The position numbers were made by a program, and so were the translations under genes. This document shows positions 51,228 to 63,153 of a stretch of 64,000 bases of DNA, in pieces. A model generated the notes under the pieces. That model was not told where the DNA came from and did no database searches. It was given only the letters and a program-made list of their open reading frames with translations. The stretch comes from an uncultured Gammaproteobacteria bacterium. GTDB lineage: Bacteria; Pseudomonadota; Gammaproteobacteria; UBA9214. Location of the stretch: positions 160,001 to 224,000 of the forward strand of contig CAVYZN010000006.1 of NCBI GenBank assembly GCA_963773065.1, written 5' to 3'. Each line of letters opens with the position of its first letter. Position 1 is the first letter of the stretch.

Positions 51228-52578
51228 CCATCACTCCTTCTCGCCCATCCGCCGCCAAGTGATTTGTACAACGCGATCAAGTCAGTCGTGATCTGTCCGT
51301 CGCTGACCGCGAGCTGATCCTGCAGTGTGAACAGCGAACGTTGCGCATTCAACACGACATCAAAGCCGGAGAGACCCGACGAGTATTGGTCTTGAGCCAG
51401 TTTCGCGGCATCAGCCGCGACTTGGGCCGCATTTGCCAGGGAAGTGTGACGGTCCTGCTCCTGGCTGAAGGAGACCAGTGCATTCTCGACTTCCTCGAGC
51501 GCGGTCAGTACCGTGGACTTGTACTTTGCAATGGCTCCCTCACGAACCGCATCCTGCGCCTTGACCTTCTCGCGCACCGCGCCGTCGTCGAAAAAAAGTT
51601 GCGAGAGTGTCGCGACGTTCGTGCTCAGCGTGAGAGTCGGGTACTCCGCCGCCTTCTGGACCCCGATGCGAGCGGTTTCGGCGGCCAGTTGACGCTCCGC
51701 CCGGCGCACGTCCGGTCTCTGGCGAAGCACGTCCGCGGGCACGCCCACGGCGATGTTCGCGGGCGGCACCGGAACGGGTTGGGGCGCATCGAGTAACTCG
51801 GCGAGCGCTCCTGGAGGCTCGCCAACCAGGACCGCCAGATGATTGCGCGCCGCCTCGAGCCCGGCCTGAAGCGCGGGCAACTGGGCCCGGGTCTGTTCGA
51901 GATTGGCCCGGGCCTGTTCGCTATCGAGCGAGGTGGTCAATCCCGCCTGTGTCCTCCAACGCGCAAGTTGCAGCAGTTCAGTCTGATTCGCGACATTCTT
52001 GTTGAGTACCGCGAGCCGCGCCTGCAACGCGCGCACCTCGACATATTTTTGCGCCACCCCGGCGGCGAGACTCACCAGTACGCCATCGTACTCCGCCTGG
52101 CTCGCCTCGAATTCTCCGGTGGCGGCCTCCACGCCGCGGCGAATACCCCCAAACAGATCAATCTCCCACCTGACATCCAGTCCTGCCTGAATGCCGGAAG
52201 TCGGGTTTGTCCCCGCCGTGTTCGTGTTGAGGCTTTCCAGCGAAGAGACGTAGGCCACGCCGCCGCGCACGGTAGGGTAAAAAGCGGCACGTGCCACCTC
52301 GCGCTGAGCGCTTGCCTGCATTATCCGTTGTTTCGCCTGCGCCAGGTCGAGATTGCCGTTGACGGCGCGCTCCTCCAGGGCGGTCAGCGTTGGATCATCC
52401 AGCACGGACCACCAGTTGGCGAGCGCTTGCGGATCAACGGGCGCCGGGTTAATCCCTGATCGAGAGGTTCATGCCAGGAGGCGGGCGTGGACAGCTCAGG
52501 TCGCACGTAGTCGGGTCCGACGGACGCACAGCCCGCTGCGATCAGGGGCACTGTGGTAAGCCACAAAGTGACCTTCAT
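51224..52578 (-). CDS. Outer-membrane efflux lipoprotein (TolC/NodT family); indels near 52400-52460
   Basis: Lipobox AAGCASVGPDY (start 52578), WEIDLFG, LRQRPDVRRAE, LYKSLGGGW. Confidence 0.9.
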
Positions 52579-53107
52579 AACTCGTGCCTTCCCGGGTAGT
52601 GCGCGACTTCGCTTATGGCAAAAACGGAACGACTGCACCCTCCCGTCGCGTCAGCGGGTCACTGATCATCCCGGCTCAGGTCGCTTCATGGTGGGCTCCG
52701 TCTGCCGGTTCACCTTCGGTTCCAGCCGTTCCATCGAGCGCGATATCGGCCGCCGCCCCGGACTCGGATCGTCAGGAAATGCGTTAAGGATGGCGGTGAG
52801 GGAATTGAACCTGCTGGATACTGCCGCTTCCGCCGCTCCATCGAGAGCCGATAAAAAGGGAACAATGTCCCACGGAGTGGGCACCGGCACTTCCCTCATC
52901 CGCCATGACTCTTGTCCGATCCAGTCAATCAGATTGGATGCGGGGGTTTTTAGTTCCGGTGCCGCGCGAAAAAATCTTGCGGCCAAGAACCGCACACTCT
53001 ACGCGGAGCGTTACACGATTCATGCCTTTGCCGAGGCTGCGCAAATAATTCTTCCTTGATAATGCCTTACGGGTTCCTCGCGTTAACCGGCGTGGTAGAA
53101 GTGCGGG

Positions 53108-54179
53108 CTAGAACAGCGGCAATTGGCCCTCACCAGGCGGCGTGAAGTGCATGCAGTCCAGCATCGGGCACCGCCGTGTAGCCGAGCCGCGCATGGGCCA
53201 GCCGGAAACGCTTGCGCAGAAGTTCGGCGTAGACGCCCGTGCCGCGCATGCGCGCGCCGAAGCGGGCGTCGTAATCCTTGCCGCCGCGGCAGTCGCGCAA
53301 CCGGTTCATGACATGGTCGGCCTGGAGCGGCGCATGCGTCTTGAGCCAGTCGCGGAACATCTCCTTCAGCTCATGCGGCAGGCGCAGCAGGATGTAGCCG
53401 GCGGCGCACGCCCCGCTCGCGCGCGCCGTCTCGAGCAGTGTTTCGAGTTCTGCGTCCGTTAGCACCGGGATGAGCGGCGCGACGAGCACGGTGACGGGGA
53501 TGCCCGCTTCGGACAGGGCGCGAATGGTGTCGAGGCGGCGCGCCGGCGCCGTGGCGCGCGGCTCCAGACGTCTCGCCAGCGCGCCGTCCAGGGTGGTGAG
53601 CGAGACGCACACGCTGGCCTGCCGGCGCGCCGCGGCCGGGGCGATCAGGTCGATGTCGCGCTCGATCAGGGCCGACTTGGTGACGATCGAAAACGGATGC
53701 CGCGTCTCCACCAGCACCTCGAGGATGGCGCGCGTCAGGCCCAGTTTGCGCTCGCACGGCTGGTAGGCATCGGTGTTGATGCCGACCGCGATGGGGGCGC
53801 AATGATAACCACGCGCGGCCAGTTCGCGCTTAAGCTGGGCGGGGGCATCCGGTTTGTAGAACAGCTTCGTTTCGAAATCGAGACCGGGCGAGAGCCCGAG
53901 CCAGGCGTGCGTGGGCCGCGCGAAGCAGTACGCGCAGCCATGCTCGCAGCCGCGGTAGGGATTGATGGAACGGTCGAAGCCGACGTCCGGTGAATCGTTG
54001 TAGGCGATCACCGTGCGGCTGGTGTCGATGGAGAGCGTGGTCGCCGGCGCCGGCAGCGGCGCATCGAGGTTGCCCCAGCCGTCGTCGATGTCCTCGCGCG
54101 CGGTGTCCGCGTAGCGGTTGGCCGGGTTCAGCGTGGCGCCGCGGCCCTTGTGGACATGAGGGGGAAATTTGGCGTTCAT
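53108..54179 (-). CDS. PA0069-family radical SAM protein (SplB-like); frameshift near 53165
   Basis: SINPYRGCEHGCAYCFARPTH; the alternative frame ends LDCMHFTPPGEGQLPLF-stop at 53108. Confidence 0.88.
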
Positions 54180-54370
54180 GATGAGGATGATTGTAAACCA
54201 TACCTGGCATGGGCGCCGGAAGCTCCTCTCGGCAGATCCCGCGCCAGCCTGCCAGAGATGACGCATAAACTGTTGCACGACATATTCAACACAAGAAAGA
54301 TCGTCGCAAAATATCCAAAGCCAAGGTAGGATAAAAACTAAATTTGCTGCGCAAGAAACAACCCAATTAT

Positions 54371-54386
54371 TGTGAACGGGTTCACA
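54371..54386. promoter_or_regulatory. CRP/Vfr-type binding site
   Basis: TGTGA-ACGGGT-TCACA followed by TTT, in an AT-rich divergent intergenic region. Confidence 0.6.
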
Positions 54387-54483
54387 TTTTTTATGAAATG
54401 CCGTGCGGCTTTACATTGAAAGCCGTTAAATGCAATTTCATTTCATATTTTTTCACTTGGTATTACACGATGAGGACACGACC

Positions 54484-55182
54484 ATGAACAAAAGCCTAAT
54501 TTACGCCAGCATCTGTTTATGCGTAGGCGGTTTAGTCTTGAGCAACGCGGCATCGGCTAAAAATAATATTAATTCCAGTTGTCCAAATGCTGATGTTGTT
54601 TTAAGCAAACAATTCCCGAATTTCGATCTTGACCACGGGTGCGCCTATAACACTGCCGACGCTTGTGATCCGGATTTTTCAAATATCGTAGATGATCCGG
54701 TTAATGGCCTGGTCATCGCCGGCAGCAATGGCAAGAACATCATTCACGGCTCCAGCGGCCCCGATACGATTTGTGGCGGGAATGGCAGTGATGAAATCTA
54801 TGGCGAAGACGGTGATGATTTGATTTACGGCGATAATGGCAAAGACTCGTTATTCGGCGGCCTGGGCAACGATGAATTGCACGGCGGTAACGGCAAGGAT
54901 CATCTGTCAGGTTATGATGACGATCATAATGGAGACACAGGCTATGCGGCCGACGTAGATGATGACTCTCTTTATGGTGAGAATGGCAAGGACGATATGA
55001 CCGGCGGCCCGGGGGATGACTCACTAAACGGCGGCAATGGCAAGGACACTATGGATGGTGGCGATGGCGCTGATGATGTCATAGGCGACAGAGGCAAAGA
55101 TAGTTGCGTGGATAACGATGACGATACGGTTACTAACGACTGCGCAGCAACGGAACTCGAGGATGGGCCGAATCACCACTAA
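54484..55182 (+). CDS. Secreted calcium-binding protein with RTX-type nonapeptide repeats
   Basis: Signal peptide (MNKSLIY...AASA); repeated GGNGxDxL/I nonamers; several Cys. Confidence 0.8.
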   Translation: MNKSLIYASICLCVGGLVLSNAASAKNNINSSCPNADVVLSKQFPNFDLDHGCAYNTADACDPDFSNIVDDPVNGLVIAGSNGKNIIHGSSGPDTICGGNGSDEIYGEDGDDLIYGDNGKDSLFGGLGNDELHGGNGKDHLSGYDDDHNGDTGYAADVDDDSLYGENGKDDMTGGPGDDSLNGGNGKDTMDGGDGADDVIGDRGKDSCVDNDDDTVTNDCAATELEDGPNHH

Positions 55183-55249
55183 ATTATCCGGCTGATTTAT
55201 TGTTACGAGTATCTCGCAAGCACTAACGGTGAGCCATTCAACGTTCACC

Positions 55250-55279
55250 AGCAGGTAGCCGCTGATGCGGCTACCTGCT
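55250..55279. terminator. Hairpin between convergent genes
   Basis: AGCAGGTAGCCGC-TGAT-GCGGCTACCTGCT, a 13-bp perfect stem. Confidence 0.55.
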
Positions 55280-55514
55280 ACCTATCAAAATAAGTTTAAC
55301 CCGCTGGACAGAATTCCATCCCTGGCCGACAGCCTGGATGACGCCAGCAACTGTAGAAGGTTGAGCTGAGTTCGCGAAGTCCGATAGATTGTTCCACAAT
55401 CTGGACCGGATCAACGCTTGTGCGGGTAAGACGGCTGGCGCTTCAAAAATCTCATCGGGTGTCGATGCGGGCCTCGACCCGTGATTCTGGCTATCGCCCG
55501 CGGCTGCTCTCCGC

Positions 55515-57653
55515 TCAGCGCTGCTTCTTCATCAGGTGCAGCAGGGTCGCGGAGCGGGCCTGCAGCAAATAGTGTTCGCCGGTGTTGAAGGTCCGGTGGT
55601 CCGGGCGCTTGCCGTCCATGAAACAGGTATCCACTTCCACCCCCCAGCGGGCGATGCCCACCTGTTCGGGCATGCGAAACGGGATCGCCTCGGAGTGGGC
55701 GTTCAACAGCAGCAGGAAGGTGTCGTCGTGTATGGCGCCGCCGTGTTCGTCCTGTTCCTCGATGGCATCGCCGTGCAGGAGCAGACCCAGGCAGCGCGCG
55801 TGATGATGGCTCCACTCCTTGTCGGTCATTTCCTTGCCGTTCGGCGTCAGCCAGGAAATGTCCTTGACGTTGGCGCCCATGATGCGGCGGCCCTGAAAGA
55901 AATGGCGCCGGCGAAACACCGGATGATCCTTTCTCAGCCGGATAATCCTGCGGCAGAATTCCAGCAACTCCCGCTCGTGCTTGCCGATGTTCCAGTTGAG
56001 CCAACTGATTTCGTTGTCCTGGCAATAGGTGTTGTTGTTGCCGCTCTTGGTGCATCCCATCTCGTCGCCGGCAAGCAGCATGGGCACGCCCTGCGAGAGC
56101 AGCAGGGTGGTGAGAAAATTGCGCTTCTGCTGTTCACGCGCGTTGATGATATTGAGGTTGGTCGTCGGGCCCTCGACGCCCATGTTCCAGCTCAGGTTGT
56201 TGTTCTCTCCGTCACGGCTCTCCTCCAGGTTTTCCAGGTTGTGCTTGTCGTTGTAACTCACCAGGTCCTGCAGCGTGAAGCCGTCGTGACAGGTCACGAA
56301 ATTGATGCTGGCGTAGGGGCGGCGCCCGCTGTGGGCGTAGAGATCGCTGGAACCGGTGATGCGGTAGGCCAGTTCGCCGATCAGGCTGCCCTCGCCTTTC
56401 CAGTAGGCGCGCAGCGCATCGCGGTAACGGCTGTTCCACTCGGTCCAGCCGATGGGGAAGTTGCCGATCTGATAGCCGCCCTCGCCCAGGTCCCAGGGCT
56501 CGGCGATCAGCTTCGTCCGGGACAGCACCGGATCCTGGTGGATGATGTCCAGAAACGCGCTGTAGCGGTCGACGGCATGGACCTCGCGCGCGAGCGTGGG
56601 CGCCAGATCGAAGCGGAAGCCGTCGACGTGCATCTCCTGCACCCAGTAGCGCAGGCTGTCCGTGATCAGTTGCAGCACCCGCGGATGCATCATGTTGAGG
56701 CTGTTGCCGCAGCCGGTGTAGTCCGTGTAGTAGCGCCGGTTTTCGCCGACCAGCCGGTAATAGGCGGCGTTATCGATGCCGCGAAAACACAGGGTGGGAC
56801 CCAGGTGGTTGCCCTCCGCGGTATGGTTGTAGACCACATCCAGGATGACCTCGATGCCGTTGGAGTGCAGCCGTTTCACCATCGTCTTGAACTCGCCGAC
56901 CTCCCCCGTGGCCGAATAGGCGGCGTGCGGCGCGAAGTAGCCGATGCTGTTGTAGCCCCAGTAGTTGCTGAGGCCGTGCTCGACCAGGTGCCGGTCGTTG
57001 ATGAAGGTATGCACGGGCATGAGTTCCACGGCCGTTACACCCAGGCGCTTGAAGTGCTCTATCACGGGTTCCGTGGCCAGGCCGGCATAGGTGCCGCGAT
57101 ACGGCAGGGGCACCTGCGGATGCTCTATGGTGAACCCTTTGACGTGCAGCTCGTAGATGATGGTCTCATGCCAGGGCGTATGCAGCGGCCGGTCATCGCC
57201 CCAGGTGAAAGCGCTATCGATCACCCGGGATTTCGGCACGCCATGGGCGCTGTTGCGCGGATCGGGCAGCAGATCCGCGGCCTTGTCGCCGATGGTGTAG
57301 CCGAACAGCGCATCGTTCCAGCGCACCGGGCCGGCGATGTCCCTGGCGTAGGGGTCGAGCAGCAGTTTGTTGGGATTGAAACGGTGGCCGTTGCCGGGGT
57401 CGTAGGGGCCATACACGCGGTAACCGTAGAGCTGACCGGGCCGCGCCTCCGGGAGGTAGCAATGCCAGACCTGATCGGTTTGCCACTGCATGGCGATGCG
57501 CGTGATTTCGCGCCGGCCCCGGGCATCGAAAAGACACAGCTCGACTCTTTCCGCGTGCTCGGAAAACAGGGCGAAGTTGACGCCTTCGCCATCCCAGGTG
57601 GCGCCGAGCGGATAGGCATTGCCGGGCCAGACGGCGATTGAAGCTGCGTTCAT
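55515..57653 (-). CDS. glgX: Glycogen debranching enzyme
   Basis: PLGATWDG, NYWGYNS, DVVYNHTAEG, VDGFRFDLA, AEPWD, CHDGFTL. Confidence 0.96.
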   Translation of the reverse strand: MNAASIAVWPGNAYPLGATWDGEGVNFALFSEHAERVELCLFDARGRREITRIAMQWQTDQVWHCYLPEARPGQLYGYRVYGPYDPGNGHRFNPNKLLLDPYARDIAGPVRWNDALFGYTIGDKAADLLPDPRNSAHGVPKSRVIDSAFTWGDDRPLHTPWHETIIYELHVKGFTIEHPQVPLPYRGTYAGLATEPVIEHFKRLGVTAVELMPVHTFINDRHLVEHGLSNYWGYNSIGYFAPHAAYSATGEVGEFKTMVKRLHSNGIEVILDVVYNHTAEGNHLGPTLCFRGIDNAAYYRLVGENRRYYTDYTGCGNSLNMMHPRVLQLITDSLRYWVQEMHVDGFRFDLAPTLAREVHAVDRYSAFLDIIHQDPVLSRTKLIAEPWDLGEGGYQIGNFPIGWTEWNSRYRDALRAYWKGEGSLIGELAYRITGSSDLYAHSGRRPYASINFVTCHDGFTLQDLVSYNDKHNLENLEESRDGENNNLSWNMGVEGPTTNLNIINAREQQKRNFLTTLLLSQGVPMLLAGDEMGCTKSGNNNTYCQDNEISWLNWNIGKHERELLEFCRRIIRLRKDHPVFRRRHFFQGRRIMGANVKDISWLTPNGKEMTDKEWSHHHARCLGLLLHGDAIEEQDEHGGAIHDDTFLLLLNAHSEAIPFRMPEQVGIARWGVEVDTCFMDGKRPDHRTFNTGEHYLLQARSATLLHLMKKQR

Positions 57654-57656
57654 CCC

Positions 57657-59831
57657 CTATTTCAGTTGCAGGACGATACCGGCCAGTGGCGGCAGGGTGA
57701 GGCTGAGCGAGTGCGTCCGGTTCATCCAGGGCAGCGCCTCGGCGATCAGTGGATGGTCGCCATTGCCGAGATTGCCGCCGGCGTAAAACCCCGAGTCGGA
57801 ATTGAAGATCTCCCGGTATTCGCCCGCCTGCGGAACGCCGATGCGATAGCCGGTGCGCGGAACGGGCGTCAGGTTGATGACCACGATCACGAATTCATCG
57901 TCGGATCGGCGCAGAAAACTCAGCACCGAGTTTTCCGAGTCATGGCAGTCGATCCACTCGAACCCGCGCCAGTCGAATTCATAGCGATACAGCGCGGGGG
58001 TCCGCTGATAGAGCCGGTTGAGATCCTTGACCAGGAGCTGTACGCCCTGATGGAACGGGTAATCCAGAACGTACCAATCCAGCACCTGGGTGTTGTTCCA
58101 CTCCTGTCCCTGTCCGAACTCCGTTCCCATGAACAGCAGTTTCTTCCCCGGGTGGCAGAACATATAGGTATAGAGCACGCGCAGGTTGGCGAAGCGCTGC
58201 CATTCATCGCCGGGCATCTTGTTCAGCATCGACTGCTTGCCGTGCACCACCTCGTCATGCGAGAACGGCAGCAGGAAGTTTTCCGTAAAGCAATAGAGCA
58301 TGCTGAAGGTCAGCAGATCCTGGTGGTAATGCCGGTGTATCGGATTCTTGCTCATGTAGGTCAGCGTGTCATTCATCCACCCCATATTCCATTTCATGTC
58401 GAAGCCGAGGCCGCCGGTCCAGGTGGGGCGGCTCACCTGCGGCCAGGAGGTCGATTCTTCCGCTATCATCAGCGTGCCGGGGTGTTCCTCATGGACCGCG
58501 ATGTTGAGTTCGCGCAGAAAATCCAGCGCCTCCAGGTTCTCGCGCCCGCCATACTGGTTGGGAAGCCATTCGCCTTCCTTGCGGGAATAGTCCAGATACA
58601 GCATCGAGGCCACGGCGTCGACGCGCAGGCCGTCGATGTGCATTTCCTCCAGCCAGAAGAGCGCGCTGGAGAGGAGGAAATTCTTCACCTCGTTGCGGCC
58701 GTAATTGTAGATCAGCGTCGACCAGTCGAGGTGTTCGCCGCGGCGCGGGTCGGCGTGTTCATACAGGGGGGTGCCGTCGAAACGCGCCAGGCCGTGGGCG
58801 TCCTTGGGGAAATGCGCCGGCACCCAGTCGAGCAGCACGCCGATGCCGTGCTGATGGCAAACATCCACGAAAAAACGGAAGTCATCGGGGCTCCCGTAAC
58901 GGCTGGTCGGCGCGAAATAACCGGTCGACTGATAACCCCAGGACGGATCGTAGGGATGTTCGGTGATGGGCAGCAGTTCGATGTAGGTGAAGCCCAGATC
59001 CTTCATGTACGGGACGAGTCTCCCGGCGAGTTGCCGGTAGTTGAGGAATTCCCCTTCCGGTCCGCGCTGCCAGGACCCCAGGTGCAACTCATAGACCGAC
59101 ATCGGGGCGTGCTGCCAGTCCACCGATGGCAGGCGTTCCATCCAGGCAAGGTCCCCCCAGGCATAGGAGGAACATTCGGATATGATCGAAGCGGTTTTTG
59201 GGCGCAGCTCGAAGGCCTGTGCATAGGGGTCGGCCTTGGTGATGATTTCGCCGCTGTGGCGGTTGCGGATCTCGTATTTGTACAGGCATCCCGGCGCGAG
59301 TTCCGGGATGAACAGCTCCCACACGCCGCTGCCGCCGCGCACGCGCATCGGGTGCCGGCGCCCGTCCCAGCGATTGAAATCGCCGATGACGCTGACGCGT
59401 TCCGCATTCGGCGCCCAGACGGCGAACAGTATGCCGGCGACTCCGCCGACCTCGTGCGGATGCGCGCCCATGAAGCGGTAAGCATGGCGGTGTCTGCCTT
59501 CCCCGAAGAGATGCAGGTCGAAATCGGTGAGCTGGGGCGGGAAGCTGTAGGGGTCGTGGGCGATATGTTCCCGGTGGCCGCTGTCCCGCCAGATCAGCCG
59601 GTAGTGATCGGGCACGGTGCCGGAGGCGCCGCGCCATTCGAACAGGTCGGTGTCGGGTATGCGCTCCAGAGGCAGGTTACCCTCGGCGATGGCGACTTCG
59701 GCCACATCCGGGAGATGGACCCTGACCAGGTCCTCGCCGTTCTCCGCGTGCTTGCCGAGCACGGCGAACGGGTCGTGGTGGCGAGCCTTGGTAATCCGTT
59801 CAAGCTCGGCCTGGAGGTCGTTTCTGTGCAT
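57657..59831 (-). CDS. glgB: 1,4-alpha-glucan branching enzyme
   Basis: [46 protein letters not shown]. Confidence 0.97.
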   Translation of the reverse strand: MHRNDLQAELERITKARHHDPFAVLGKHAENGEDLVRVHLPDVAEVAIAEGNLPLERIPDTDLFEWRGASGTVPDHYRLIWRDSGHREHIAHDPYSFPPQLTDFDLHLFGEGRHRHAYRFMGAHPHEVGGVAGILFAVWAPNAERVSVIGDFNRWDGRRHPMRVRGGSGVWELFIPELAPGCLYKYEIRNRHSGEIITKADPYAQAFELRPKTASIISECSSYAWGDLAWMERLPSVDWQHAPMSVYELHLGSWQRGPEGEFLNYRQLAGRLVPYMKDLGFTYIELLPITEHPYDPSWGYQSTGYFAPTSRYGSPDDFRFFVDVCHQHGIGVLLDWVPAHFPKDAHGLARFDGTPLYEHADPRRGEHLDWSTLIYNYGRNEVKNFLLSSALFWLEEMHIDGLRVDAVASMLYLDYSRKEGEWLPNQYGGRENLEALDFLRELNIAVHEEHPGTLMIAEESTSWPQVSRPTWTGGLGFDMKWNMGWMNDTLTYMSKNPIHRHYHQDLLTFSMLYCFTENFLLPFSHDEVVHGKQSMLNKMPGDEWQRFANLRVLYTYMFCHPGKKLLFMGTEFGQGQEWNNTQVLDWYVLDYPFHQGVQLLVKDLNRLYQRTPALYRYEFDWRGFEWIDCHDSENSVLSFLRRSDDEFVIVVINLTPVPRTGYRIGVPQAGEYREIFNSDSGFYAGGNLGNGDHPLIAEALPWMNRTHSLSLTLPPLAGIVLQLK

Positions 59832-60020
59832 GGGGGGCCCTCGCGTGCATTTCCGGTTGTTTATCGGGGGCACATTCTACACATTTGCGCCGACAGGGTC
59901 AGGTTTTGCAATGCGGCAGGGTTCGATCCTGCCGGAGCGCAACAGTCTCGGCGCAGGCGCCTTGCTTACGGACGAAGCGCTCGATCAGGCGCCGGCGCTG
60001 CGCCGGCGGACCAGGCAGGT

Positions 60021-60233
60021 TCAGATCTGTGAACGCGGCTGCTTTTCTTGGCTCGTGAGTGGCTTACTTTCCTTGTTCTCGTCGTGGCGGGGGATGCCCC
60101 GGAGGCGCCGCTTGCATTGAATCCAGTCTCCCGTCAGACACTCCGTCTTGCGGCAGTCGAACTCACAAACGGCGATTTCCTCCGGCACCTCGGCGGCATG
60201 GCTTATCAGCCATTGCAGCATTTTATCAAACAT
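60021..60233 (-). CDS. Small four-cysteine hypothetical protein
   Basis: RBS GAGGGG + ATG at 60233; VCEFDCRKTECLTGDWIQC. Confidence 0.55.
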   Translation of the reverse strand: MFDKMLQWLISHAAEVPEEIAVCEFDCRKTECLTGDWIQCKRRLRGIPRHDENKESKPLTSQEKQPRSQI

Positions 60234-60355
60234 AGCGATATCCCCCTCTCTGCCGAGCCGCATCACGGCACGATACCCGGCACCCGTATTATTAGTTCAT
60301 CATACCTGTTAGATTTTAGTACATACGCCGGCATAATCCCGCCGTGTCCTTGCCG

Positions 60356-63040
60356 CTACGCCAGATGCTTCCTCAGGAACACCACCTCGTCCTCGCGCCG
60401 GATCACGCTGTCGAAGCCGCGCTTGTAGAACAAGGACAACATACGCATGTTCTCCGGGTCGGTCTCGGCGACGACTTCGGCTATACCCCAGCGGGCGGCA
60501 AGTTCCAGACAGTAATCCAGCAGCAGGGCGCCCACCCCCTTTCCTTGCCAGGGATCGGGCACGATGACCGCGTACTCGGCCGTTTCATGGTTCAGATCGG
60601 TGATCAGTTGCGCGACGCCGATCAGGCGGCGCTCATTGCCCACCCGGGTCTCCACGACCAACGCCAGTTCGCGTTCATAATCGATCACGCAATGCTTGAC
60701 CGCAAGCTGATGGCTGGTCTGCTTGAAGAGCGAGCGGAAACGGAAACGGATGGATTCGGGCGATGAACTGGCGATCAATTCGCGCCAGAGCGGTTCATCC
60801 TCGGGGCGGATCGGCCGCAGGGTAACCTGGGTGCCGTCGCGCAGCCGCGGCCGGCGCATGTACTGCTCCGGATAGGGCCGTATCGCCAGGTGTTCGTACG
60901 GCTCGCACGAGTCCTGACAGGCATCCGTATCGAGCACCGCCGCGGCGTCGAGCGCGACCACGCCCTCGGGTGTCGCGAGCAGCGGGTTGACATCGAATTC
61001 CCGGATCTCGGGGTAATCGGCGATCAGACAGGAGAAGCGGATCATCACCTCGATAAGGTGGTCGATGTTCACGGCAGGGCGGCCGCGATAGCCCTCCAGT
61101 ATCGGCCGGCAGCGCAAGGCTTCAACCATGTTGCGCGCCAGGCGCTCGTTGAGAGGCGGCAGCCCGAGGGCATGGTCGGAATAGACCTCGGTCGCGACGC
61201 CGCCGAGGCCGACCATGATGACCGGACCGAAGGTTGGATCCTTGCTCGCGCCGAGGATCATTTCCAGCCCGTCCTTGGGACACATCATGCGCTGCAGTGT
61301 CACCCCGTCCACGCGCCCGGCGAGCTTGTGGCCGCGCACCCGCTGCAGCATGGTTTCATAGGCGTCGCGCACGGCATGCGCATCCTTGAGGTCCAGCGCC
61401 ACGCCGCCGATGTCGATTTTGTGCAGGATCTCGGGGGAACGCAGTTTAAGCACCACGGGATAGCCGATCTGCCCGGCGGCTGTAACCGCCTCATCGGCGC
61501 TGTGCGCGATGAAGGTATCGCACACGGGTATGTCATAGGCCTTCAACAGGTGCTTGGCCTCGTTCTCCGACAGGGAGCCGCGCTGCCGCATGCAGGCGTG
61601 GAATCGTTTCGAGATCTTTTTCCGATGCATCGTGAAACGGATCGGCAGCTCGCGCGGCGTCTCGTACAGGCTCTCCAGATTGCGGGCATAGGTCACCAGA
61701 TGCAGGAACCCACGGATGGCCTGTTCGGGGGTGGCGTGCGCCGGCACGCCGGCGTGGTTCAGATAACGGATATCCTTTCTCGCCCTGGCGCCGCCCATCC
61801 AGGCGGCAAACAGCGGCTTGCGGCCATGTTCAGCCGCCTGGACCACGACCTCGGCCACGGTCCGTGAGTCGACGCCCGGCTGACTGGCGCAGATCACCAG
61901 GATGGCGTCGATGCCGGGGTCCTGCTGCACGATATCCAGGGCCGCGGCAAACCGTTCCGCGCCGGCGGCATCCAGCAGGTCGACCGGATTGCCGTGCGAC
62001 CAGTTCTCGGGCAGGACCTGATTCAACCGCGCCACGGTCTCATCGCTCAGACCCGCCAGGTGTCCCCGGTGCGAGAGCAGCGCGTCGGCGGCAATGATCG
62101 CGGGCCCGCCGGCATTGCCGATGATCGCCAGTCTGGATCCTTCCGGCAGGCGCTGGGATGCCAGGATCTCGGCGACATCGAATATGTCATCGAGTTCCGA
62201 GACCCGCACGACCCCGGCGCGCTCGAACACCGCGCTATAGACGGCATCTTCGCCGGCGATGGTGCCGGTATGGGAGAGCGCGGCCCGGGCCGATCCCTCG
62301 AAGCGGCCTGATTTATAGGCGACTATCGGTTTGGAGCACGCGAACGAGCGCGCCGCCGACATGAAGCGGCGCGCGTGCCGTATCGACTGGATGTAGAGAA
62401 TGATGGCCTTGGTATTCGGGTCGGTTCTCAGATAATCGATCAGGTCGCCATAATCGACATCGAGATTGTTGCCCAGCGAGGCGAACAGTGAAAATCCGAT
62501 ACCCGCATCCGACGCCCAATCCAGCACCGCATTGGAAAGCGAATGGGACTGGGAGATGAATGCCAGATGTCCGGGCTTGGCGGTGGCCACCGCCTGGCTG
62601 GCATTGAGTCCGATCTCCGGAACGATGATGCCGAGCGAGTTCGGTCCGATGATGCGCATGTGTTCAAACCGGCGGGCGGCTTCGGCAATTTGCTCTTCCA
62701 GCGCTCTGCCAGGCGCATCCGCTTCGCTGAATCCGCTGGAAAGTATGACCACCCCCATGATGCCCGCCGCACCGCACTCTTGTACGACCCGGGGGACATC
62801 CCGCGCCGGCGCGCAGATGACCGCCAGGTCCGGGGTTTTGGGCAGACTGGCGAGATCCGGATAGGTAGGAACGCCGCCGACCGACTCGACGTTGAAGCTG
62901 ACCGGGTAAACGATGCCGCTAAAGCCTCCGCCGAGAAGATTCGACAGCACCCGTTTGCCGGTATCCGCCGGGCCATCGTCGATCCCGATCAGGACCACCC
63001 GTCGCGGTTTGAATATCTTCTCAAGGTTACGAATGCTCAC
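60356..63040 (-). CDS. Acyl-CoA ligase (ACD)-like + GNAT fusion, Pat-type protein acetyltransferase
   Basis: CoA-binding N-terminus (IFKPRRV, GPNSLG), ATP-grasp (DPTFGPV, DVNPL), C-terminal GNAT (IRPYP, WQGKGVG). Confidence 0.88.
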   Translation of the reverse strand: MSIRNLEKIFKPRRVVLIGIDDGPADTGKRVLSNLLGGGFSGIVYPVSFNVESVGGVPTYPDLASLPKTPDLAVICAPARDVPRVVQECGAAGIMGVVILSSGFSEADAPGRALEEQIAEAARRFEHMRIIGPNSLGIIVPEIGLNASQAVATAKPGHLAFISQSHSLSNAVLDWASDAGIGFSLFASLGNNLDVDYGDLIDYLRTDPNTKAIILYIQSIRHARRFMSAARSFACSKPIVAYKSGRFEGSARAALSHTGTIAGEDAVYSAVFERAGVVRVSELDDIFDVAEILASQRLPEGSRLAIIGNAGGPAIIAADALLSHRGHLAGLSDETVARLNQVLPENWSHGNPVDLLDAAGAERFAAALDIVQQDPGIDAILVICASQPGVDSRTVAEVVVQAAEHGRKPLFAAWMGGARARKDIRYLNHAGVPAHATPEQAIRGFLHLVTYARNLESLYETPRELPIRFTMHRKKISKRFHACMRQRGSLSENEAKHLLKAYDIPVCDTFIAHSADEAVTAAGQIGYPVVLKLRSPEILHKIDIGGVALDLKDAHAVRDAYETMLQRVRGHKLAGRVDGVTLQRMMCPKDGLEMILGASKDPTFGPVIMVGLGGVATEVYSDHALGLPPLNERLARNMVEALRCRPILEGYRGRPAVNIDHLIEVMIRFSCLIADYPEIREFDVNPLLATPEGVVALDAAAVLDTDACQDSCEPYEHLAIRPYPEQYMRRPRLRDGTQVTLRPIRPEDEPLWRELIASSSPESIRFRFRSLFKQTSHQLAVKHCVIDYERELALVVETRVGNERRLIGVAQLITDLNHETAEYAVIVPDPWQGKGVGALLLDYCLELAARWGIAEVVAETDPENMRMLSLFYKRGFDSVIRREDEVVFLRKHLA

Positions 63041-63153
63041 GACCGTTTATCCGTCTGCGGGTTTGGCCCGGTACCGGTCGGATCGATGGTAGTACCGATA
63101 TCCGGTGAAGTCCATCCACGGTCCGACGGGTGCGGCAGCCGCCGCCGCGGGCG

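Noticed and set aside
52600-53100. Short ORFs upstream of the efflux operon
   Set aside because: No recognisable motifs or convincing RBS; probably non-coding or decayed.
1-54179. Frameshifts in gltB, pilN, mrcA, res, ppsA, hemW, putA, the efflux genes and others as pseudogenes or programmed frameshifts
   Set aside because: Isolated single-base indels are spread over many core genes whose motifs are intact on both sides; long-read consensus error is the simplest explanation.
48030-55182. MacAB-TolC-like exporter as the secretion system for the RTX-repeat protein
   Set aside because: The ABC is MacB type, not HlyB type, and the RTX protein has its own signal peptide.
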